Assembly (NCBI GenBank): GCA_030426955.1
Contig: JAUHXS010000001.1
Location: 435,339-499,338 of the forward strand
Source: Bacteroidia bacterium
GTDB taxonomy: Bacteria; Bacteroidota; Bacteroidia; Chitinophagales; JAUHXS01
Reading direction: 5' to 3'
DNA length: 64,000 nucleotides
Shown here: positions 37,703 to 47,100 of the stretch, one piece after another
How positions within the stretch are numbered: the stretch's first letter is position 1
How the letters are laid out: every line of letters begins with the position of its first letter
Made by a program: the position numbers and the translations under genes
Notes under the pieces: model-generated
The model's input: the letters and a program-made list of their open reading frames with translations, nothing else
Database searches by the model: none
Told to the model about the DNA's origin: nothing

Positions 37703-38512
37703 TTGCGTTATTATTTAAATAAACATAATTTTAAGCTCGGAAATAATATCAAAGTCTTGATTTTTAAAACATATATAGTAATTACTGCTCTTCTTCTGAG
37801 CAAGCTTATAAATGCACAGACTACTTACTTTAGAGACACTACACTCAACGGATCTCTAATTACCATAGGATTTGGCTATCATTTCCCTGGACAAGACCTT
37901 GCCAACAGATTCGGCAACAACGCTAGTATAGAACTTGGATTAACTGAAAAATTAAGAGATAATTGGCTTATCAGGGCTAATGGTAGCTTTTTATTTAGCG
38001 ACAAAGTTAGAGAGAACAATATTCTAAAAAATATTACCAATAGCAATGACTTCATAACTAACGTTAATGGAATGCCTGGAGATATCAGAATTGCCATGAG
38101 AGGGTTTAACTTAAACCTATCTGCAGGTAAAATATGGGGGCAAAAAAACAATCAAAATGCAGGCCTAACAACTTTATTTGGCCTAGGCTTTTTGCAACAC
38201 AAAATCCACATTAATGTCATAAACAATGATATTCCTCAACTAGAAAAGCAATATTTAAAGGGGTATGATCGACTATCTAACGGAGCACTGCTGAGTCAAT
38301 ATATTGGATATACATACCTGAGTCCCAAGGATCTTGTTAACTTTTATGTAGGATTAGAGTTTATTCAGGCATTTACCAAAAACAGGCGTGATATCAACTT
38401 TGATACCATGATGAAAGACGAAACACCAAGGTTAGATTTATTGTTTGGCATTAAGGCTGGCTGGATCATCCCCATTTATCATCAGCCGAGTCAAATCGAA
38501 TACTACGATTAA
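37703..38512 (+). CDS. Hypothetical protein, possible outer-membrane beta-barrel
   Basis: 269-aa ORF with a TTG start and a hydrophobic N-terminus ending INAQ. Alternating beta-strand-like pattern. The start is uncertain. Confidence 0.4.
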   Translation: MRYYLNKHNFKLGNNIKVLIFKTYIVITALLLSKLINAQTTYFRDTTLNGSLITIGFGYHFPGQDLANRFGNNASIELGLTEKLRDNWLIRANGSFLFSDKVRENNILKNITNSNDFITNVNGMPGDIRIAMRGFNLNLSAGKIWGQKNNQNAGLTTLFGLGFLQHKIHINVINNDIPQLEKQYLKGYDRLSNGALLSQYIGYTYLSPKDLVNFYVGLEFIQAFTKNRRDINFDTMMKDETPRLDLLFGIKAGWIIPIYHQPSQIEYYD

Positions 38513-39747
38513 TGATTCTTGATTTCCTTATTTATAATACTTCTATTTATTTATATCATTTAGCAGTTTCTGTTGCTTCATTGTTTAATCCAAAGGCAAA
38601 ACAATGGATTAATGGCAGAAAAAACATTTTTAAAGACATAAGAAATGCCATTGGTAATGAGGTAGGTTTTATTTGGATACACTGTGCTTCTTTGGGGGAA
38701 TTTGAACAAGTCAGACCTATTATAGAAGGGATAAAAAAGCAAAATTCAGAAAGCAAAATTCTAATTACCTTCTTCTCTCCTTCTGGGTATGAAGTGAGAA
38801 AAAATTATGAGCTGGCAAGCTATGTTTTTTATCTTCCCATAGATACGCCGCATAATGCCATAAAGTTTGTTGAACTAACTAAACCCCAAATTGCAATCTT
38901 CATCAAATATGAAATTTGGGCAAACTATTTATTTACCCTAAAAAAGAATAACATACCTAGCTACTTGGTGGCCGCAAACTTCAGAAAGAATCAGGCGATA
39001 TTCAAATGGTATGGCAAGCACGTTTTGAAGGCTCTTAGTTGCTTTGATCACATTTTCGCACAAAATCAACTTTCTCAAAAACTACTCTCTCAACATAATA
39101 TCAAAAATGTCTCTATTGCTAATGATACTAAGTTTGATCGTGTATATGACAACTATAAAAGAGCTGAGCCTATTTCAATTGCGGAAGCATTCAAGGATCA
39201 TAACAAAATTATAATTATTGGTAGTGCATGGAAAAAAGAGGCTTCTTTTCTAATTCAGCTAATTAATTCAAAACCCGAATACCTATCTGACTATAAATTT
39301 ATTATTGCACCTCACATCATTAATGAAAATTTTGTTCAAAGCATAATATCCCAATTACCTTTTAATACTATTAGGTATTCCGAGGCCAGTACTGACAATG
39401 TGAAAGACAAAAAGGCCTTAATTATTGACAATATTGGAATGCTTAGCAAGCTATATCAATATGCGAATATTGCAATCATAGGAGGAGGCTTTAATGATGG
39501 CATTCACAATATATTGGAAGCAGTGGTATTTGATATTCCTGTACTATTTGGTCCTAAGCACAAAAAGTTCAACGAAGCCGTAGAATTATTATACAGTAAT
39601 GGAGCATATTCTTTTAGCAATTACCAAGAATTTAAGCAAATCATATCAAAACTGACGTTGGATAAAACACCCCTGTATAACAATCATGATTATATTGTTA
39701 GGAACAAAGGAGGCTCAGAGCTTATTTTAGAGAAAATAGAGCTTTAA
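38512..39747 (+). CDS. waaA: 3-deoxy-D-manno-octulosonic acid (Kdo) transferase
   Basis: 411 aa with IWIHCASLGEFEQVRPII, diagnostic of KdtA/WaaA. Confidence 0.85.
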   Translation: MILDFLIYNTSIYLYHLAVSVASLFNPKAKQWINGRKNIFKDIRNAIGNEVGFIWIHCASLGEFEQVRPIIEGIKKQNSESKILITFFSPSGYEVRKNYELASYVFYLPIDTPHNAIKFVELTKPQIAIFIKYEIWANYLFTLKKNNIPSYLVAANFRKNQAIFKWYGKHVLKALSCFDHIFAQNQLSQKLLSQHNIKNVSIANDTKFDRVYDNYKRAEPISIAEAFKDHNKIIIIGSAWKKEASFLIQLINSKPEYLSDYKFIIAPHIINENFVQSIISQLPFNTIRYSEASTDNVKDKKALIIDNIGMLSKLYQYANIAIIGGGFNDGIHNILEAVVFDIPVLFGPKHKKFNEAVELLYSNGAYSFSNYQEFKQIISKLTLDKTPLYNNHDYIVRNKGGSELILEKIEL

Positions 39748-39808
39748 ATAGGCAAATTAGCAAGTAAAGCAATTTTTCAAAGAGCAATTAAAAATGAGCC
39801 TTTTTTGC

Positions 39809-39836
39809 CTACTTTTTTGGTCAAGCAAAAAAGTAG
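39809..39836. terminator. Hairpin in the convergent intergenic region
   Basis: ctacttttttg / caaaaaagtag 11-bp stem with loop gtcaag. The flanking U-tract is weak. Confidence 0.35.
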
Positions 39837-39945
39837 AAAACTATGATTGAAAAATCGCCTCGTTTTTTGACCTCCATAATCTTTTTCGTTTTTTCCTTTC
39901 TCAAAACAAAAAAACAATCAAATACTCATACCACCTAAAATGCGC

Positions 39946-40959
39946 CTAAATACCTTTAATTCTTGTCCAAAGTTGATACAGAGCACTTTTCACATCATTA
40001 AACCTAGGCTCTTCCTGATAAACCATCAACTTTCCTTTCGAGTCATATGATAATAAGTAATGAAAAACAAACTCTTTTGCATCTGAAGCAAAGCCCGCCT
40101 GCCCAAATCTCAAATCATTAAAACATAAAATGCTATCATTTCGTTGTTCAATGGTATACCAATTTTCAGATAGTTTCTCCAAACGCTTTACCAAATCTTC
40201 ATTTGCCATTCGCCCTAATAAATAAGTATTTTTAGCAAACCCTGTAAAGCGAATCAATCCAGGTTTATCAAACAATGAGTAGTAACCTATTAGAAAAGAA
40301 TCTTGCGTCTCAACATGTGCATTCCAGAGGATACAATTAAGTGGCGTTGGTCTGGTCTCTATTTCCAAATAAGCTATTTGTTGCCTCTCTAAACTTGCTT
40401 CAAATTGGCAATAAGCATACCCCTTAAATAGAATCGTCAACAACATATAGCTAGAACTAACAATCAAGCCAAACTTATTTAACTTAGAACGAAGTGGATC
40501 ACTTCTTTTTCTCATCATAGCCAAAATGACAAAGACCATGAAAGGAATTGTATACAAAGGGTCTGCAACAAATATATTTTTATAAGCAATTCTAAGATCA
40601 AAAGGCCAAAACAACTGCGTCCCCCATGTGGTATGGGCATCCAATAAAGGATGTGTAAATAATCCCCAAAACATCAACCATGACCAGTCTTTCCAATTAG
40701 CATTGGCATTCTTATGAATTTTAGATATCAACCAACCCAATAAAGGTGCCATCATTACACAAAAAACTATGGAATGCGAAAAGCCTCTATGTAACTCATT
40801 TGCACGAACAATATTATCCACAAAATGCTTTGTCAATACATCTAAATCTGGAATAGTTCCGGCAATAGCTCCCCACAAAATGGCTTTATTGCCTACTTTT
40901 TTTCCCAAGACAATCTCTCCAACTGAAGCGCCCAATACAATTTGTGTCAAGGAGTCCAT
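39946..40959 (-). CDS. Membrane-bound metal-dependent hydrolase (YdjM/DUF457 family)
   Basis: N-terminus MDSLTQIVLGASVGE...GTIPDLD and multiple TM helices. Confidence 0.65.
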   Translation of the reverse strand: MDSLTQIVLGASVGEIVLGKKVGNKAILWGAIAGTIPDLDVLTKHFVDNIVRANELHRGFSHSIVFCVMMAPLLGWLISKIHKNANANWKDWSWLMFWGLFTHPLLDAHTTWGTQLFWPFDLRIAYKNIFVADPLYTIPFMVFVILAMMRKRSDPLRSKLNKFGLIVSSSYMLLTILFKGYAYCQFEASLERQQIAYLEIETRPTPLNCILWNAHVETQDSFLIGYYSLFDKPGLIRFTGFAKNTYLLGRMANEDLVKRLEKLSENWYTIEQRNDSILCFNDLRFGQAGFASDAKEFVFHYLLSYDSKGKLMVYQEEPRFNDVKSALYQLWTRIKGI

Positions 40960-42161
40960 TAATTCACGCTTATTTCATCTTTAAAAGGATGCCGCAATTC
41001 ATATTTGCTTGGCCGAATTGAATGAATCAGTGGTTTAAGCAAAAGGGATGTTGTCAATGATCGTTTTAATTTAACATACAACTTCATATGCACAGGCAAA
41101 GCCCCTAACCTACTCTTAATCTCTTCCGAAGTCCTTCCTAAAACCAATTGCTTTGCTCCATTATCAATAGAATAAGACACCAGGTCGTAGAGCATTCTAG
41201 GGTACAGCATATATTCTTGGTTATATTCATAATCAAGCCCTAAGTAACTTGCTTCAAAAGTAGAATCATTTTGAAAGCAAGTACTAAAGCCAACCAACTT
41301 TTCGTTCAAGAAATAGCCTTTAAAAATAAAATCCTGACCTAGGTTTTCTTTAAATAGCCTAAATGTGTCGGCATTAAAAGCACCAACATGAAAATCTGCG
41401 TTTTCTAGCACATCCATATACAGTCTTTCAATAGATTGGGCATACTTGTTAATATCATCTACACTAAAGTCAATAACCAACAACCGCTCTGATTTCTTAT
41501 ATATTCTTTTCACTCTGCCTCTGTATTTAGTCGTCATTTGATCCAAATAGTCTTGGAATGAGTTCCAATCGTCCTCAATACAAAGCATCATGTTGTCATC
41601 AATCATAAATCCATCATAGCCCAATTTATTATCCCGATCTATATTGTTGTAGGATTCAGGGGGGAATTCTTTTAACAATATCGTTGTCTTTTGACCTTTT
41701 TGCCGTTCTGATTGTAGCAGCTTTTCAAGCCCCACATTCAAATACGCTAACTTTTCAGCAAAGTCAATGTGGTTTTTAAAAGCAAAGCCATGCTCACCAG
41801 TTGCAAAAAGATTACCACATATCAACACTTTTAAATTCAGTTTACTTTTAACCTTATCAATGGTAGACAAACTGACGTTTTGCAACAATTGCAATTGCTC
41901 AATATCCTGATCTTGCACATTAAATATTTGAACAACTGCTACACCAATTGGTTTATTCTCCTTATCATAAAAGAATACGTACTTAAATCTTAGTTGACTA
42001 GCTAAACTTTGCTCTAAGCTTATCAAATAACCATACGACAAAAAGATATTTTGCCCTCCGACAATATTATTCCACTTATCTTTATCAACAAGCGCTATTG
42101 AATCATAAAAAGCAAGTTTTACATCAAGCTTTTTTTGTCCACATGAAATTGATAATCCCAT
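40959..42161 (-). CDS. FemAB-like / GNAT-fold protein (PF04339-like)
   Basis: 400 aa. The N-terminal W..I......FLSYGYLISLE pattern and the C-terminal acyltransferase-like region are judged by eye only. Confidence 0.45.
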   Translation of the reverse strand: MGLSISCGQKKLDVKLAFYDSIALVDKDKWNNIVGGQNIFLSYGYLISLEQSLASQLRFKYVFFYDKENKPIGVAVVQIFNVQDQDIEQLQLLQNVSLSTIDKVKSKLNLKVLICGNLFATGEHGFAFKNHIDFAEKLAYLNVGLEKLLQSERQKGQKTTILLKEFPPESYNNIDRDNKLGYDGFMIDDNMMLCIEDDWNSFQDYLDQMTTKYRGRVKRIYKKSERLLVIDFSVDDINKYAQSIERLYMDVLENADFHVGAFNADTFRLFKENLGQDFIFKGYFLNEKLVGFSTCFQNDSTFEASYLGLDYEYNQEYMLYPRMLYDLVSYSIDNGAKQLVLGRTSEEIKSRLGALPVHMKLYVKLKRSLTTSLLLKPLIHSIRPSKYELRHPFKDEISVN

Positions 42162-42225
42162 TCCCTCTATAAAGTTATACTATTATACCAAACACAATGC
42201 GAATATTAGTAATTTTATACCATAA

Positions 42226-43110
42226 ATGGAGCACACCGCTGAATCTAAAACATCAAAACACAGGGAAAAGTTTTCGATCATTATTCCTACTTGGAATAAT
42301 CTAGATTATTTAAAACTTTGCATCAGTAGCATACAGAAAAACGCTGCACATCAGCATCAAATTATTGTCTTTATAAATGAAGGAAAGGACAACACCCTAA
42401 ACTGGATAAAAAGTCAAAAAAACATTGATCATATCTATTCCGAAAAAAATGTTGGTATTTGTATAGCTCTAAACAAATCTAGAAAACTCGTCAGGACAGA
42501 TTATATTGTTTATATCAATGATGATATGTACTGTTGTCCTGATTGGGATAAATATATATTAGATGAAATACAATCTTTAAATGATACCCAATTTTACTTA
42601 TCTGCTACACTTATTGAGCCTAAGCAACTCAACAACCCCAATTACGTTGCTATTATTAATGACTGTGGTGATTGCTTGGAAAAATTTGATGAACAAAAAC
42701 TACTTAGTGAGTATAACAAAACAGATAAGCAAGACTGGAATGGAAGTTCTTGGCCTCCAAGTATTGTTCACAAGAATACATGGGATTTAGTTGGAGGGTA
42801 TAGCGAGGAGTTTTCTCCAGGTATGTATTCAGACCCTGACTTCTCAATGAAATTATGGGCAAAAGGCATAAGAATATTTAAAGGAGTGGGTAAAAGCAGG
42901 GTTTATCATTTTGGATCAAAGTCTACTAAAAAGTTAAAAAGCAATATTGGCAGTAAACTATTTTTACAAAAATGGGGCATTACAGCAAGGACTTTTTACA
43001 CGCATTATCTTAAAATGGGTAGCAACTACTCTGGGCCATTTTTACCAAAAATTTCTTTACCTATAACAGAAAAGATTAGAAATAAAATAAAACGAATCAT
43101 TACAAAGTGA
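42226..43110 (+). CDS. Family 2 glycosyltransferase
   Basis: FSIIIPTWNN start of the GT-A fold and a DDD-type motif (YINDDMY). Confidence 0.75.
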   Translation: MEHTAESKTSKHREKFSIIIPTWNNLDYLKLCISSIQKNAAHQHQIIVFINEGKDNTLNWIKSQKNIDHIYSEKNVGICIALNKSRKLVRTDYIVYINDDMYCCPDWDKYILDEIQSLNDTQFYLSATLIEPKQLNNPNYVAIINDCGDCLEKFDEQKLLSEYNKTDKQDWNGSSWPPSIVHKNTWDLVGGYSEEFSPGMYSDPDFSMKLWAKGIRIFKGVGKSRVYHFGSKSTKKLKSNIGSKLFLQKWGITARTFYTHYLKMGSNYSGPFLPKISLPITEKIRNKIKRIITK

Positions 43111-43859
43111 GACGATTACTTAACAATATCCGGAACCATAAAAATTGGAACTCCTACTTAGCATTCAAGTACTTCAAACAGAATAAAGAAGCATTTACAT
43201 TTAAATGTAGAAGCAACATTAATATAGAAGTACCCAAAAGAATGCTTCAGACTTATAAGGAATCTTTTTTCGACGAATCTTACTTCAAAGGGTTTGCCAA
43301 CGCAGTACTTAAAGAAACCCACCCTACAGTTATTGACATAGGCGCCAATGTCGGATACTTTTCGCTATCCGCTTTAAATAAAAACCCCAATGCTATTGTA
43401 TTTGCATACGAACCCATGCCTAATAACTTCAAGTTATTATCAAAATACAAAAATAAATTTAGCAACCTAAATCTTAATATCTTCAATAGTGCCGTTAGCT
43501 CAAAAGATAGCTCTATATCACTCAACTACGATGCCAGTGAAGATTTTACTACAGCTGCAACCATTATAAACAAAGCATCTCAACAGGATACGATTGAAGT
43601 CAAAACGGTATCTTTAGCTAGTATAATATCGCAAAACAATATCAATACAATAGACTTCTTTAAGCTAGATTGTGAAGGTTCCGAATACGATATTTTATAT
43701 AATATAGATGACAGCACTTATGACAAAATTAAAAACATCGCTATAGAGACACACAAAGTTGATGATAATGAAAAGAACAAAGAACATCTAGCTAATTTTC
43801 TAAAAAATAAAAAATTCAATATTACTCTAGAAAGGGATATGATTTGGGGCTGGAAGTAG
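43107..43859 (+). CDS. FkbM family methyltransferase
   Basis: DIGANVGYFSL SAM motif and a KLDCEGSEYDIL segment. 4-nt overlap with the GT2 gene. Confidence 0.75.
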   Translation: MRRLLNNIRNHKNWNSYLAFKYFKQNKEAFTFKCRSNINIEVPKRMLQTYKESFFDESYFKGFANAVLKETHPTVIDIGANVGYFSLSALNKNPNAIVFAYEPMPNNFKLLSKYKNKFSNLNLNIFNSAVSSKDSSISLNYDASEDFTTAATIINKASQQDTIEVKTVSLASIISQNNINTIDFFKLDCEGSEYDILYNIDDSTYDKIKNIAIETHKVDDNEKNKEHLANFLKNKKFNITLERDMIWGWK

Positions 43860-44100
43860 ACAAGCCCCTTTCAAAAGACACTATATCTTGAGAAAAAAGG
43901 GCACCAGCGCTAGCGCCCTCACAACTTCACTGCCGTACGAACATTGTAAAACAACAACAATAATTAAACTCTAGCAACCAAAATTTTACAAAAAATTACG
44001 TTTACAACAGAACAAAAAAAGACACAATGAATTTATAATCAACAAATTATATTGATTAAATATTCCATACAAACCAACGAATAGTTGAATCAAAATAAAC

Positions 44101-47100
44101 TCAATGGTATACTACTTTTCTCCTAACACTATATCCGTCTAACTGTATTTCAACAAAGTAAATGCCTTTACTAAGATTTGTAAAGTCTAAATATTTACTA
44201 TTTAAGTTAATCATCTTGTTCATAGACTCGGCATAAATCTCCTGCCCCATTACATTTTGCATTACAAGTCTACATCCAGCATTTATAGGACTCTCAAATG
44301 AGAGTATTGCCATACCGTTAGTAGGATTCGGAGATATTTTAATTGTGTGTTCTATATTTGAAATTGCTATACCTGTACAGTTGTCAACTTTTACAGAAAT
44401 ACATTGATATGAAGAAACTCCACAAACATTTTCTGCTCTCACACATATACTATCATCAGTAGCCCCAAAATCTATTTCTACTTCGCTTGTACCCTGTCCA
44501 AAAACGACAGAAGAATTAACGGTCGTCCAATTATAGTCAATGGCGCCGCTAGGTTCTGTTGAACGATATACAACATTAGACTCATTGACACAAACCGATC
44601 TTTTACCTAATATATCATTAGGCATTTCTGGCTGTCCATATGGTAGCATATTTGGCAATATACATTTAGTAGGACTCAAACCACAAGCTCCCTGTGCTTG
44701 AACACAAATACTATCTACAACACTGCCAAAGTTTACAGATATACTAGCACTTCCTTGACCTGAAACAATCTCTGATAAAATCGGCACTTGCCATATATAA
44801 CCAAGCACTTGAGTTGATGAATCAACACTAAACTCAACGCTGGTCTCTTTTAAACAAATAGAATCAGGGCTATATATTGTGTCAGGAGGCAATACAGTTA
44901 ATCCCGCTCGCACCACTACCGGCTTACATTGCTGACCACTCACGCCATAATCATTTCCAGCAGACACACATACCATTCCCGAAGAATTACCAAATTCAAC
45001 TGTAACTTGGGTTGTACTATCTCCTGAAACAATCGTAGCTCCAACAGGGACTGTCCACAGGTAGTAATCCGCACTATCAACATCTGCTATAGAATAATTG
45101 GCTACAGTATTTGCACAAATCGTATCCATCCCTGTAATAATACCTGGCATATCTGGTGCAACACCACAAAACATTGGATCAACTGATATAGCTAAGCATT
45201 TATCACCACTTGTACCTCCAAGATTTTCTGCATTTACACAAATATTACCACTTGAGTTACCAAAGTTTACAACAATACTAGTTGAAGAATCTGAACCGAT
45301 GATAGCTGCCCCTGCAGGAACAGTCCAGTTGTATCTTGACGCCTCTGGAACGGCATTAATTGTGTATACAACCCCAGTAACATTAGGACAAATCGTTGCA
45401 TCTCCTGTAATAGCGCCAGGTATCGCAGGAGGCTCGCAAGCATCTGGTCCAACATATACAGCAAAGCACCTATTATTACTTGTTCCAAAAGCATTTTCAG
45501 TATTCACACACACATTACCACTTGTATTACCAAAATCAACTACAATGCTACTTGAAGAATCTGAACCAATAATAGTTGCACCTACAGGAACTGTCCAGTT
45601 GTATCTTGTAACTCCAGATATTGACTCTATGGCATAAATCACGCCTGCTTCCCCAGGGCAAACAGAGTCGTCTCCTGCAATCTGTCCAGGCATAGGTGGA
45701 AGATTAGGGTCACTAGTGGTATCAACATAAATATTCTTACAATAATACACACTATTGCCACAACTATTTTCCGCTCTCACACAGATCATCCCACTTAAAT
45801 CGCCAAACGTTACCGTAATGCTTGTATCTCCTTGACCTGATGTAATTGTTGCATCGGCTGGTACTGTCCAGTTGTAGTTTGCTGCTCCTGATATGGCATT
45901 TGTTATAAAGACCACTCCCACCGAATCCGACGCTACGGTATCTATTCCATAGATTGTATCTGGAACATTAGGGGCAGTAATTAGTGTAATCGATATACAT
46001 GTGTCTGAACTGATTCCACAACTATTTTCTGCACTGACACAGATGTCTCCCGAAGTAGTTCCAAAGTTTACGGTAATACTATCCGTACTATCCACTCCTA
46101 CAATATTTGCCCCCACTGGCACCGTCCAGTTATATCTTGTTGCTCCAACCACTGCGTCTATGCTATAACCAATTGTTGTCGCATTTTCGCAAATAGTGTC
46201 TAAGCCACTTATTAAATCTGGTTGTGCAGGCACATTACATACTGGATTTGTTGTATCTACATAGATGTCTCTACAGAAATAAACGCTATTGCCACATGCA
46301 TTCTCCGATCTTACACATATTGTTCCACTTGAATCGCCAAATGTTACCGTAATGCTTGTATCTCCCTGACCTGATGTAATTGTTGCATCGGCTGTTACTG
46401 TCCAGTTGTAATTTGTTGCACCTGATATAGCATTTGTTGTAAAGATTACGCCTATTGAGTCTGATGCTACGGTATCTATACCATAGATTGTGTCTGGGAC
46501 ATTAGGGGATGTGATTAGAGTGATAGAGAGACAAGTATCTGAACTAGTACCACAACTATTTTCTGCACTTACACAGATGTCTCCTGAAGTGGTGCCAAGG
46601 GTTACTGTAATGCTATCGGTGCTATCTACGCCCACTATACTTGCTCCTGCTGGTACTGTCCAGTTATATCTTGTTGCTCCGGCGACTGCGTCTATACTAT
46701 AGCCTATATTTGTTGCGTTTTCACAAGTGGTATCTATTCCGCTTATTAAGCCGGGTTGACTTGGAATGTTACATACAGGGCTAGTGGTATCTACATAAAT
46801 ACTTCTACAGTAGTAAATGCTATTTCCACATGTATTCTCCGATCTTACACATATTGTTCCACTTGAATCGCCAAACGTTACCGTAATGCTTGTATCTCCC
46901 TGACCTGATGTAATTGTTGCATCCGCTGGTACTGTCCAGTTGTAGTTTGCTGTTCCTGATATGACATTTGTTATAAAGACCACTCCCACCGAATCTGACG
47001 CTACGGTATCTATTCCATAGATTGTATCTGGAGCATTAGGAACAGTAATTAGTGTAATCGATATACATGTGTCTGAACTGATTCCACAACTATTTTCTGC

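Noticed and set aside
43900-43925. G/C-rich gggcaccagcgctagcgccc in the convergent spacer as a terminator
   Set aside because: The stem is only 4-5 bp with a large loop, and there is no flanking T-run on either strand.
45098-45637. 179-aa plus-strand ORF, together with 46490-46702, 47411-47926, 48605-49142 and 49286-49585, lying opposite the giant adhesin gene
   Set aside because: All lie antisense within a 1879-aa ORF that has clear domain structure. Their translations are low-complexity mirrors of the repeat region, so they are artefacts of long, stop-poor repetitive coding sequence.
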